Assembly: GCA_964639965.1 (NCBI GenBank)
Contig: CAZXGI010000001.1
Coordinates: 18,661-82,660, forward strand
DNA: 64,000 nt
Direction: 5' to 3'
From: an uncultured Rhodospirillaceae bacterium
GTDB lineage: Bacteria; Pseudomonadota; Alphaproteobacteria; Rhodospirillales; UBA2165
Positions 1 through 8,869 of this stretch are shown here, one piece after another. Within the stretch, counting starts at the first letter, position 1, and the number at the start of each line of letters is the position of its first letter. The notes beneath the pieces are model-generated. The model worked only from the letters and a program-made list of their open reading frames with translations. It ran no database searches and was not told where the DNA came from. The position numbers and the translations under genes are program-made.

Positions 1-436
1 AGGATTGGATTTTGGAGCATTCCTCTGGTGTCAGGCCAAGTCGTGTCATTCCAGTATCAATATGGATAGCAGCTGCATGATTAGCGTAACGTTGCCAAAT
101 CCTTATTTGGTTTAGATTATTAAGGATCGGGATTAATGAATTGGCGATTAACTCATCGGCCGTTCTAGTCGAAACACCATGTAAAATATAAATTTTTGCA
201 TTTGGTAAAATTTGTCTTAGTTCAATACCTTCGTGTAATGTAGCGACGAAGTATTTCGTACAGCCGATGCGTGATAACGTAGTAGCTATCTCCTTTATGC
301 CAAGCCCATAAGCATTGGCTTTGACTACTGATGCTAACTCGGCAGATGACAGTTTATCAGCTAAAGTACGATAATTACTTTCTAATGCAGCCAAATCAAT
401 ATTCAGACTAGCCCCTGTATTTGCGGAGTTGCCCAT
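1..436 (-). CDS. alr: alanine racemase, N-terminal part (gene runs off the window start)
   Basis: Not in the ORF track because it is open-ended. Minus-strand translation from ATG 436..434 gives MGNSANTGASLNIDLAALESNYRTLADKLSSAELASVVKANAYGLGIKE... VKANAYGxG is the alanine racemase PLP-lysine motif. Confidence 0.8.
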   Translation of the reverse strand, partial: MGNSANTGASLNIDLAALESNYRTLADKLSSAELASVVKANAYGLGIKEIATTLSRIGCTKYFVATLHEGIELRQILPNAKIYILHGVSTRTADELIANSLIPILNNLNQIRIWQRYANHAAAIHIDTGMTRLGLTPEECSKIQS

Positions 437-612
437 TTTGAAGCCTTTCTTCCTTAATTACTTATTTATAGGTACAATAATTAAAAAGAAAGGCCATATT
501 TGTTTGGTTGTTGCAATTTATTAAAAAAATGCCCGATTTTCATTTTTCTTTATACTTGCTATTTGCATTTTCAGATTAATACTTTGCTTCTACCTACGAG
601 TTCGGACTTTGA

Positions 613-2130
613 TTATGTGTGCTGAGTATCTAAGTCTCCAAAACGCGTGTACGTTCCGTTGAAATGAAGTTTAGTGGTGCCAGTTGGCCCGTGCCGCTGC
701 TTACCAATAATTAACTCAGCAATAAAACGGTTTTGTTCGCTCCGCTCCACCCATTCTGCATGACGAGCAGCAAATTTTTCAGGTGATTCCTCTGAGCGTT
801 GAACGGGCTCGCTTCTCTCATCATAGTATGCTTGTCGGAATATAAAGCTAACTACGTCAGCATCCTGTTCAATAGTACCTGATTCACGAAGATCAGATAA
901 TTGAGGCCTTTTATCTTCTCTTTGTTCAACAGCTCTAGATAATTGAGATAGAGCTAGTACCGGCACATCTAACTCTTTAGCCAGTGTCTTGAGGCCTCTT
1001 GTGATTTCGCTGATTTCTTGAACACGGTTATCGTTTCTAGAAGTCCCTTCCATTAATTGAAGATAGTCGACAATTACGAGTCCAAGTCCCTCATTTCGTT
1101 TCAAACGGCGCGCCCTGGTTCTCAAAGCAGATACAGAAAGCGCTGGTGTGTCGTCAATAAATATAGGAAGTTGGTGTAACTGTTGTGATGCAACTACGAG
1201 TTTATCAAATTCAATATTGCTTAAAGTCCCTCGGCGCATTTTGTCTGAAGCAATCTGTGCTTGCTCCGAAAGTATGCGTGCCGCTAGCTGTTCGCCCGAC
1301 ATTTCTAATGAAAAAAAGCCAACAACTGCCCCATTTGTAACTCTTCTTCCGTCGTTCTCATCCAATTCAAACTTATAGTCATATGCGGCATTGAACGCGA
1401 TATTTGTCGCAAGTGCTGTTTTTCCCATAGAGGGGCGCGCAGCTAAAATCACCAAATCTGAAGGATGAAGGCCCCCCATTATATGGTCCAGGTCGCGTAA
1501 ACCGGTTGAGACACCGCTAAGTTGACCATCTTTTTTATGGGCGATCTCAGCTATTTCTATTGCAGAAATTACAGTTGATTTAAAATCTTGAAAACCGCCT
1601 TCAATCTCACCTGTGGTAGCTAAATCGTATAGTGTTTGTTCGGCATTTTCTATCTGTATTAAAGCTGGGTCGTCAACTTCCGGTGTATAAGCCCGATTCA
1701 CTACTTGTTCGCCTAGTTCAATTAGCTGTCGTTTTAAATGTAAATCATAAATTGTTTTTCCATATTCCGCAGAATTTATGACGTTAACCATTGATCCGGC
1801 TATTTCAGCTAAGTAGCGAGAGCCACCAACTTCTTTAATAGAGCCGTTTTGTTCAAAAAAATTATGCAGGGTGATTGGATCGGCTATTTGACCACGTTCA
1901 ATTAGCTTTGACACTGCATCAAATATCTTACCATGAACAGGATCAGCAAAGCATTCGGGACGAAGATAACCTGCCACTCGATCATAAGCATTATTATTAG
2001 CGAAAATTGCTCCTAGCAGTGCTTTTTCAGCTTCAAAATTATGGGGTAAAGAACGAAATTGTGCAAAGCCAGGTTCAGAAGTTTCCATACGTTCTGCTTG
2101 TTCGTCCATATTTTTTACAGTTGCCACCAT
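613..2130 (-). CDS. dnaB: replicative DNA helicase DnaB
   Basis: ORF 613..2184. N-terminal DnaB motif PHNFEAEKALLGAIF, Walker A ARPSMGKTALA, C-terminal RecA-like region (IVDYLQLM, RGLKTLAKELDVPVLALSQLSR). The start is probably an internal Met (MVATVKNMDEQ at 2130, or MDEQ at 2109), not the hydrophobic MCTFFIF leader. Confidence 0.95.
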   Translation of the reverse strand: MVATVKNMDEQAERMETSEPGFAQFRSLPHNFEAEKALLGAIFANNNAYDRVAGYLRPECFADPVHGKIFDAVSKLIERGQIADPITLHNFFEQNGSIKEVGGSRYLAEIAGSMVNVINSAEYGKTIYDLHLKRQLIELGEQVVNRAYTPEVDDPALIQIENAEQTLYDLATTGEIEGGFQDFKSTVISAIEIAEIAHKKDGQLSGVSTGLRDLDHIMGGLHPSDLVILAARPSMGKTALATNIAFNAAYDYKFELDENDGRRVTNGAVVGFFSLEMSGEQLAARILSEQAQIASDKMRRGTLSNIEFDKLVVASQQLHQLPIFIDDTPALSVSALRTRARRLKRNEGLGLVIVDYLQLMEGTSRNDNRVQEISEITRGLKTLAKELDVPVLALSQLSRAVEQREDKRPQLSDLRESGTIEQDADVVSFIFRQAYYDERSEPVQRSEESPEKFAARHAEWVERSEQNRFIAELIIGKQRHGPTGTTKLHFNGTYTRFGDLDTQHT

Positions 2131-2239
2131 GACCAAGAACCTACTCTTAACTTGCGAAGATGAGAAGATGAAAAAAGTACACACCCCTGTGGTACATGGG
2201 GATAACTAAAAAAAACTTTAATTGATAAAAAGATCCAAA

Positions 2240-3490
2240 TCAGGCAGCTTTAGTTCGTTTTGTTGAGGATTTTTTTAAATTAGTGATTGGTTTTGTCATA
2301 TATTCTCGCGTCATAGGAATAATATGGCGTTGTTTTACGAGTTGTATTTGAAAGACAGTTGAGTCTAAATACCGGAAAGAAATTTCACTGGCGGCTAAAT
2401 AATACTCCCACATCCGGCAAAATTCTTCGTCATATAAACGCTTTACCTTGGATCGATTGGACTGAAAGCACCGTTGCCAGTGCTTCAGCGTTTCTGAATA
2501 GTGACGCCCTAAAAATTCAATATCTGTAACCATTAGTCCTGATTTTTCAATAGCCGGAGCAACTTCTGAAAGTGAAGGTATATATCCACCCGGGAAAATA
2601 TATTTTCTAATCCACGGATCAGTAACCGAAGGGGGTCCAGTGCGCCCTATCGTATGAATTAGAGCGATACCATCTCTTGTTAAACTATCGTAGATTTTTT
2701 TGAAAAATTGATTAAAATGATTAATTCCAACGTGTTCGAACATACCTATAGAAACTATTCGGTCAAATTGATCATCAACCATGCGATAATCTAGCAAATC
2801 AAATTTTACTATGTTATCTAGCTTATCATTTCGCGCTCGTAAATTTGATTCTTTTAGTTGTTCTTTAGAAAGTGTGATGCCACGCACATTAGCGCCGAAA
2901 TTACGGGCAATATAAATTCCCATGCCACCCCAACCGGAGCCAATATCCAGAACTTTAGTATTTTTATTCAATAATAACTTTGCTGCAATATGTTCTTTCT
3001 TATCAAGTTGGGCCCTATTTAAAGAGTTATTCTTATTAGCAAAGTAAGCACATGAGTATTGTCTATCTTTATCGAGGAAAAGTTTATAGAGTTCGCCTGA
3101 TAGGTCATAATGGTGAGCTACGTTCTTTTGGGATTTTTGTATAATATTAAATTGGTGAATGCGTTTCTTAAGAGCATCAAATGAAATAAAAAACCGGTGG
3201 AGCCAATGATAGTCTCCCTTTTCGACATTTATGGCAAGAATTTGGAGAAAATCATAAATTGTCCCATTTTCAACAGATAGGCGGTTATTCATATATCCTT
3301 TGCCAAGGGCCATGCTCGGCGATAAAGCAAGATAGTTTGCTATTGAATTATCATGAAATTGGACGCACACCTCTTTAGGTAGAAGTTTATTATATTGTCC
3401 CGAAAATTTATAAATCTTTCCATCAGCATTAATTATTTTGAGGTTGCCGATTTTAATCATTTGACTGAGAATTGACTGTAATAAATACAT
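2240..3490 (-). CDS. cfa: cyclopropane-fatty-acyl-phospholipid synthase family SAM-dependent methyltransferase
   Basis: ORF 2240..3502. SAM motif VLDIGSGWGG and the YSCAYF and HYDLS.ELY motifs typical of CFA/mycolic acid synthases. The track start is TTG at 3502. ATG at 3490 (MYLLQSIL) is more likely. Confidence 0.8.
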   Translation of the reverse strand: MYLLQSILSQMIKIGNLKIINADGKIYKFSGQYNKLLPKEVCVQFHDNSIANYLALSPSMALGKGYMNNRLSVENGTIYDFLQILAINVEKGDYHWLHRFFISFDALKKRIHQFNIIQKSQKNVAHHYDLSGELYKLFLDKDRQYSCAYFANKNNSLNRAQLDKKEHIAAKLLLNKNTKVLDIGSGWGGMGIYIARNFGANVRGITLSKEQLKESNLRARNDKLDNIVKFDLLDYRMVDDQFDRIVSIGMFEHVGINHFNQFFKKIYDSLTRDGIALIHTIGRTGPPSVTDPWIRKYIFPGGYIPSLSEVAPAIEKSGLMVTDIEFLGRHYSETLKHWQRCFQSNRSKVKRLYDEEFCRMWEYYLAASEISFRYLDSTVFQIQLVKQRHIIPMTREYMTKPITNLKKSSTKRTKAA

Positions 3491-3670
3491 AATTACTCCC
3501 AACCCACGGTTTTACATACCTTTTTTACCGCAACGTCGTAGATTCATTACTCTTAAAATCTGGTTATTCAACTGAATATAAACACATAATAAAATTCAAA
3601 TAAAGATCAAAATACGATAGATCGTTTTCCTAAATAAGACTTATTTCAACTTTATATATGTCAAAAAGAA

Positions 3671-4360
3671 TTATACTCCCTCATCAGTAATATCTTCAGG
3701 ATTATAATTTGACGTACTTTCCAAAACTTCTTCTGGAGAGATTTGTTCAGTATTTTCTATTTTTTTGGCCGCCAGAGCTTGATTTTCTGCTTCTGTTTCT
3801 GAAGGCATATTAATTTCAGCCGCATCTAATTCCTCAATTAATTTTTCGACTGAATCATCCTTTATGTCATCGTTTATGTTTATGGTTCCCGTTTTATCTT
3901 GGGTTTGCGCTTCTTCATCAGAACGAGCAACATTTATTGTGACAGAAACGCTGATTTCCGGATGGAGCGTGACCTCCAAATGGTGCATGCCGATGGATTT
4001 AATAGGGCCCTGAAGTTTTACTTGATTACGATCAATTGAAAACCCGGCTTTGGAAATTTCATTAGATATATCGCGGGCGCTCACTGAGCCATATAATTGG
4101 CCAGCATCACCTGCTTGACGCACCATAATGAATTTTTGACCCTCAAGCTTTTTGCCAACCTTCTCAGCTTCCGTCTTTTGTTTGAGATTTTGCGCTTCCA
4201 ATTGAATGCGTTGGTTTTCAAATTCGGCTTTGTTTACCTTGGTTGCTGTAACAGCTTTTTTTTGTGGCAGTAGGAAATTACGCGCAAAACCAGGCTTAAC
4301 AACAACTAAATCACCCATTTGCCCAAGCTTTTCAATTCGTTCTAATAGAATAACTTCCAT
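3671..4360 (-). CDS. rplI: 50S ribosomal protein L9 with a long acidic C-terminal extension
   Basis: MEVILLERIEKLGQMGDLVVVKPGFARNFLLPQKKA is the canonical L9 N-terminus. The ORF is 229 aa, against 149 aa in E. coli. The last ~80 aa are rich in D, E, N, S and T. Confidence 0.95.
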   Translation of the reverse strand: MEVILLERIEKLGQMGDLVVVKPGFARNFLLPQKKAVTATKVNKAEFENQRIQLEAQNLKQKTEAEKVGKKLEGQKFIMVRQAGDAGQLYGSVSARDISNEISKAGFSIDRNQVKLQGPIKSIGMHHLEVTLHPEISVSVTINVARSDEEAQTQDKTGTININDDIKDDSVEKLIEELDAAEINMPSETEAENQALAAKKIENTEQISPEEVLESTSNYNPEDITDEGV

Positions 4361-4576
4361 TATCTTAAACCTCTAAATTGTGGCATAAATTTTTGTTGAA
4401 ACGCTTATCGGGTACTATTACTAAAGCTAAAACGTCTAACAATTTACCGGCTAAAAACTAGCCATTCTAATTTTTTCATGCGTTTTTCTGCATGAGCGCG
4501 GGAACCTACTATTGTATATGGCTTATGGCAACCCAAATATGCATACAAGCAATTAGAGTAATTGATATTTCAAATT

Positions 4577-5524
4577 TCAATCTGAATTGATATTATCTTT
4601 GGGTCCGTTTGATGTTAACTTATCCCTAAATTTGGTCCATTTTTCAAAAAAGCCAATCAACACGGCGATAATCGCTGGCCAACTTGAAACTATTAGGAAA
4701 AAATAAAAAACAACTAATGCTATAGTGGGAGAACGAAGCTGGCGAGCTGTCGTGTGTAGTACACCAAGACCAACAAATAAGAAGGGGATACAAACTATTA
4801 AGGTTAAATTTCGACCTAAATATTCGAAACTATCTGTTCCGAATAATACTAACACCCCTGAACCCACAAGAGCCCAATAAAGCCAATCTGGAGCTGTTAT
4901 CTCAGAATACCGAAATGCTGGTGTGAGATTGGCGTCCGCTCTGATTAAGATGGTTTGCGCAATTAAACTGTTAATAATAGCCATCAATAACCATGAAGAA
5001 ACAGTAATAGCCGGAAAATAGAGCACTATTTTCTCAACTAAGAGCCGGCCGTTAACGGTTGTAGTTAAATCCGGTTGGTTATTAACGATTAACTTTTTCA
5101 GGAAGTTCTCAATGTTTTGGGGAAGGTCAGCCGATTGTTCAAAGAAAGTAATTGTAACCAAAATCATCATTATACCGCCTAAAATTGTTAGACGAGACAT
5201 TATTTCTCCGATTGGAGCCCCGGGAGATTGAAAATTATTTTTTTTAGGGGCTAGTGCTGTTAAAATTATTAGCCATGCTGGTAGGGCTATGGATACGCTG
5301 TATATCATGCCCTGATAAATATTTGATAGGGCTATAGTACTACATATACCGGACAAACTTGCAAAAGTTAGCGCCCGACGGTTTTTGCCTAAACCGATTA
5401 GAAGAATCGGTAGTAGAGTAAAATAGGCCAAAAGGATACCGAGCCCAGACCCGACGGTTACGGCTACTGATAAAAGAGCGCTAACTGAGCCCGCACCAAT
5501 AGCGATGATCGTCTCCCTATACAT
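4577..5524 (-). CDS. polytopic inner-membrane protein (DUF2232-like) embedded in the rpsF-rpsR-rplI operon
   Basis: 315-aa ORF with about 8 hydrophobic segments, in the same orientation as and between rpsR and rplI. I recall a DUF2232 membrane protein at this position in other alphaproteobacteria. The family assignment is from memory of synteny, not from a motif. Confidence 0.6.
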   Translation of the reverse strand: MYRETIIAIGAGSVSALLSVAVTVGSGLGILLAYFTLLPILLIGLGKNRRALTFASLSGICSTIALSNIYQGMIYSVSIALPAWLIILTALAPKKNNFQSPGAPIGEIMSRLTILGGIMMILVTITFFEQSADLPQNIENFLKKLIVNNQPDLTTTVNGRLLVEKIVLYFPAITVSSWLLMAIINSLIAQTILIRADANLTPAFRYSEITAPDWLYWALVGSGVLVLFGTDSFEYLGRNLTLIVCIPFLFVGLGVLHTTARQLRSPTIALVVFYFFLIVSSWPAIIAVLIGFFEKWTKFRDKLTSNGPKDNINSD

Positions 5525-5605
5525 TATAGGTGCTCCTCGCTTTACTCGTTTCTAAAATACTTTTACGTCAATGTATCTGCTGATTGCAGTGGGCCAAAGA
5601 GTTTT

Positions 5606-5890
5606 CTACTGTGAAACGTAGGGAATTAGAGCTAGAAAGCGAGCACGTTTAATTGCCCGAGCGAGCTCGCGTTGTTTTTTAGAGGAAACCGAGGTAATTC
5701 GACTTGGAACGATTTTACCTTTTTCAGAAATGTAGCGGTTTAGCATTTTAGTGTCCTTGTAGTCAATCTTTGGAGCGCCTGCACCAGAAAATGGACACGT
5801 TTTACGTCTGCGAAAAAATGGTCGTTTTCCCGAATTTTCTCCGCCCCGTGAGCGATCGTCAGATGATGCAAAATTATCAAAATCGGACAT
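5606..5890 (-). CDS. rpsR: 30S ribosomal protein S18
   Basis: [12 protein letters not shown]...IDYKD...L.RYISE.GKI.P.RIT contains the S18 signature. ATG 5890..5888 shares one base with the rpsF TGA (TGATG). The track start at 5893 is TTG. Confidence 0.95.
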   Translation of the reverse strand: MSDFDNFASSDDRSRGGENSGKRPFFRRRKTCPFSGAGAPKIDYKDTKMLNRYISEKGKIVPSRITSVSSKKQRELARAIKRARFLALIPYVSQ

Positions 5891-6366
5891 CAATCTTCTC
5901 CTTCTATTTTATTCTCTATTTCTCCTTGTTCATTTACAACTGGCTCTATTTTTACGTCTCCTTCTACTTTTTCCTTATTATTAGGGTCTATAACACCGCC
6001 AGTCACGGTGTTTTCATGGCTATCGGTTGACCGTGCAATACGAGTTAGGTTTTGGGCTGGTATTGAGGGGTCTTCATCAAGCTCAGCAATGCTCAATGTT
6101 AGATAGCGAATGATATCTTCGTTCAATCGCATTAGCCGTTCCATTTCATGAATTGCCGCTGATGGAGCATCAATGTTAAAAAGAAAATAGTGACCCTTTC
6201 TATTTTTTTTTATCTTATAAGCAAGAGTGCGGAGGCCCCAGTTCTCTCGTTTTTTAACACTTCCACCATTCTTTTTGATGGTATCTTCAAAATTATCAGC
6301 TAAGGCTTCCACTTGTTGGGCAGAAGCATCTTGCCGCACTATTATTACGCTTTCATATAAAGACAT
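5890..6366 (-). CDS. rpsF: 30S ribosomal protein S6 (extended acidic C-terminus)
   Basis: [22 protein letters not shown]...[25 protein letters not shown] is the typical S6 fold sequence. It lies upstream of and is coupled to rpsR. Confidence 0.95.
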   Translation of the reverse strand: MSLYESVIIVRQDASAQQVEALADNFEDTIKKNGGSVKKRENWGLRTLAYKIKKNRKGHYFLFNIDAPSAAIHEMERLMRLNEDIIRYLTLSIAELDEDPSIPAQNLTRIARSTDSHENTVTGGVIDPNNKEKVEGDVKIEPVVNEQGEIENKIEGED

Positions 6367-6460
6367 ATAATATCCTTTAGGCTTCTCTCAGCCCGGCAAA
6401 ATTGTAGGCACCGGGCATAGCCAGATTCAAAACTGGCAAGGAAAATTGCGACGCGCACTA
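6367..6460 (-). promoter_or_regulatory. putative rpsF 5' leader with two hairpins (candidate S6:S18 autoregulatory leader)
   Basis: In the minus sense, just upstream of the rpsF ATG there are two hairpins: gccag-N8-ctggc (6420..6437) and gcccgg-N14-ccgggc (6391..6416). These are GC-rich stems in otherwise AT-rich DNA. S6:S18-binding leaders upstream of rpsF are described in the literature. I cannot score this against the covariance model. Confidence 0.3.
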
Positions 6461-6643
6461 TATAGAAATTCTTTTTGAGTGCAAGTGCCTAAAATGAATA
6501 AAATAATTTCTTTTTTTGCTACTAATCTCGTTAGGTGCCTTGACACTCATACGGCTTTGTTTATCACTCAGTAACATTAATAATTTGTTGATTGAATATA
6601 ATCTTTTTAAAGTGCTGAATAATTGAGGTTGTTTGAATAAATA

Positions 6644-7585
6644 ATGAATATGGCGTTTGTATTTCCGGGTCAGGGGTCCCAATTTGTTGGTATGGGGGTC
6701 GAATTGGCGAAGGCTTTTCCTGTTGCAAGACAAACATTTGAGGAAGTTGACGAGGCATTAGGTCAACCCCTATCACAAATTATTTTTGAAGGGCCAATTG
6801 AAGATTTAACGTTAACTGAGAATGCCCAACCTGCTCTAATGGCTGTAAGCATTGCTGTAATGCGTGTTTTGGAAAAAGAGGGGGGCGTAGAGATACCAGC
6901 TGTTGCAAAATTTTTTGCCGGGCATTCGCTAGGTGAATATTCAGCTTTGGCGGCGGCGAAGTCTTTTGGGGTTATTGAAGCAGCCCGAATTCTTAAGATT
7001 AGAGGATCAGCGATGCAAGAAGCAGTGCCTGTTGGTGAAGGTGGTATGGCGGCAATTCTTGGTATTGAAATGGAACTTGCAGAAAAAATCGCATTTGAGG
7101 CTGGGCAGGGTGAAGTTTGTTCGATAGCTAATGATAATGCGGTTGGTCAGATTGTTTTTAGTGGCAATATATTAGCCGTAAATCGTGCAATTGAGATAGC
7201 TTCAAAGAAAGGTGCTAAACGAAGTATCTTACTTCCCGTTAGCGCGCCATTCCATTGTTCAATGATGGCCTCTGCAGCAGATATCATGTCAACTGAGCTA
7301 GCAACTTTGGTAATCGATGAGCCTATTGTTCCAATAGTTTCAAATGTTATTGCTAAAGGGGAAATATCTCCAATTGAGATTCGTAAGCTTTTGATTGAGC
7401 AGGTGACTTCTAGGGTTCGCTGGAGGGAATCTGTACTTTTCATGAAAAAAAATGGTGTTGATACTCTTATTGAAGTCGGTGCTGGCAAGGTATTATCGGG
7501 GTTGACAAGAAGGATTGATCGAGATCTTAAAAGTGTATCTATTCAACAGCCAGATGAAATTGATAGTTTTTTAGGATCTCTCTAA
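6644..7585 (+). CDS. fabD: malonyl-CoA:ACP transacylase
   Basis: FVFPGQGSQ and the active-site GHSLGEYSA motif. First gene of the fab cluster. Confidence 0.95.
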   Translation: MNMAFVFPGQGSQFVGMGVELAKAFPVARQTFEEVDEALGQPLSQIIFEGPIEDLTLTENAQPALMAVSIAVMRVLEKEGGVEIPAVAKFFAGHSLGEYSALAAAKSFGVIEAARILKIRGSAMQEAVPVGEGGMAAILGIEMELAEKIAFEAGQGEVCSIANDNAVGQIVFSGNILAVNRAIEIASKKGAKRSILLPVSAPFHCSMMASAADIMSTELATLVIDEPIVPIVSNVIAKGEISPIEIRKLLIEQVTSRVRWRESVLFMKKNGVDTLIEVGAGKVLSGLTRRIDRDLKSVSIQQPDEIDSFLGSL

Positions 7586-7610
7586 TTAAAATAAAAGATT
7601 GGAGCTAGAC

Positions 7611-8348
7611 ATGTTTGATCTTGGTGAAAAAAGAGCACTTGTTACGGGAGCCTCAGGTGGTATTGGCAGAGCTATTGTCGCAGGTCTGCATGGACAAGGA
7701 GCCACGGTTATCCTTTCTGGCACCCGGAAAGATGCATTGCATAGATTAGCTGATGAATTGGGCCAACGTGCACATGTTGTTACTTGCGACCTAAAGAATT
7801 CAGAAGGCTTCCAGAATTTAGTTAAAGATTGCGAAGATATTATGGGAGGTATTGATATCTTGGTAAATAACGCAGGTTTAAGTCGTGATAATTTAGTTGT
7901 GCGAATGAAGGACGATGATTGGGATGCTGTGTTGAACATCAACTTGACAGCTAGTTTTAGGCTATCGAAAGCGTGTTTGCGTAATATGATGAAGCAGCGG
8001 TTTGGACGCATCATCAATATCACTTCAATTGTTGGTGTCGTTGGTAATTCAGGTCAGGCAAATTACGCAGCGTCGAAGTCTGGGATGATCGGGATGTCAA
8101 AATCCATGGCACAAGAAGTCGCTTCGAGGGGAATAACAGTTAATTGCGTCGCGCCAGGATTTATTATTACCCCCATGACAGATGCTTTAACTGATAAACA
8201 GAAAGATAAGTTGACAGAGGCTATTCCAGCGGGGCGTTTGGGGCAGGGTGAAGATGTAGCGGCAATTGTTGCCTTTCTTGCCAGCGATGAAGCTAGTTAT
8301 GTGACGGGGCAGACGCTCCATGTAAATGGAGGGATGGCGATGGTTTAA
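7611..8348 (+). CDS. fabG: 3-oxoacyl-ACP reductase
   Basis: ALVTGASGGIGRAI (NAD(P)-binding), NNAG, and YAASK catalytic motif. The track start at 7599 is TTG. ATG at 7611 (MFDLGEKRALVTG) is more likely. Confidence 0.95.
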   Translation: MFDLGEKRALVTGASGGIGRAIVAGLHGQGATVILSGTRKDALHRLADELGQRAHVVTCDLKNSEGFQNLVKDCEDIMGGIDILVNNAGLSRDNLVVRMKDDDWDAVLNINLTASFRLSKACLRNMMKQRFGRIINITSIVGVVGNSGQANYAASKSGMIGMSKSMAQEVASRGITVNCVAPGFIITPMTDALTDKQKDKLTEAIPAGRLGQGEDVAAIVAFLASDEASYVTGQTLHVNGGMAMV

Positions 8349-8453
8349 TTTAAATTCATGTTTTTTAAAAGAATTGTTTAAGACTTGTAGAGGGTATGGT
8401 AATACGAATTAAATTATGTTAGGAAGCCTTCAAACCTGTTGAGTAATAGTGTG

Positions 8454-8480
8454 AACCTTAGATCGTCAAGGGTTTTTTTT
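8454..8480 (+). terminator. weak hairpin followed by a T8 run between fabG and acpP (possible partial terminator or attenuator)
   Basis: aacctta-gatcgtc-aagggtt followed by tttttttt. The stem is only 4 bp, plus 2 more bp past a bulge, so the call is weak. Confidence 0.25.
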
Positions 8481-8535
8481 GGGGATCATCCATCGGTTCT
8501 ATGGCGACGATATTAAGATAGTGAGGTAAAATAAA

Positions 8536-8769
8536 ATGAGCGATGTTGCTAACCGCGTAAAAGAAATAATTGTTGAGAATCTGGGAGTTGAAGCAGATAA
8601 AGTGACTGATTCGGCGAGTTTTATTGAAGATCTTGGGGCCGATAGCCTTGATACGGTAGAGCTGGTTATGGCCTTTGAAGAAGAGTTTGGTTGTGATATA
8701 CCCGACGATGCGGCTGAAAAAATACTGACTGTAAAAGACGCTATTGATTTGCTTTCGGAACAAGCCTGA
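8536..8769 (+). CDS. acpP: acyl carrier protein
   Basis: 77 aa. The phosphopantetheine attachment motif [12 protein letters not shown] is present. Confidence 0.97.
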   Translation: MSDVANRVKEIIVENLGVEADKVTDSASFIEDLGADSLDTVELVMAFEEEFGCDIPDDAAEKILTVKDAIDLLSEQA

Positions 8770-8869
8770 TAATTAAAATACTCTATGCTCGGTCGTATTA
8801 ATATCCTAATAATTTGGTTTTAGACCTTGCGTTATTTGAGTTTCTGCTAATGAAATCCCTTAGATCAAA

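Noticed and set aside
4485-4509. tcatgc-N8-gcatga hairpin in the spacer upstream of rplI
   Set aside because: In the transcribed (minus) sense it is followed by A's, not U's, so it is not an intrinsic terminator. No other role is evident.
6458-6776. Two overlapping small minus-strand ORFs (91 and 70 aa) in the rpsF-fabD spacer
   Set aside because: Basic, low-complexity translations with no SD, and they overlap the fabD start. More likely non-coding promoter or leader DNA.
7586-8023. 145-aa minus-strand ORF antisense to fabG
   Set aside because: Shadow ORF inside a gene with unambiguous FabG motifs. Its translation is Ser/Arg/Pro-rich and low in complexity.
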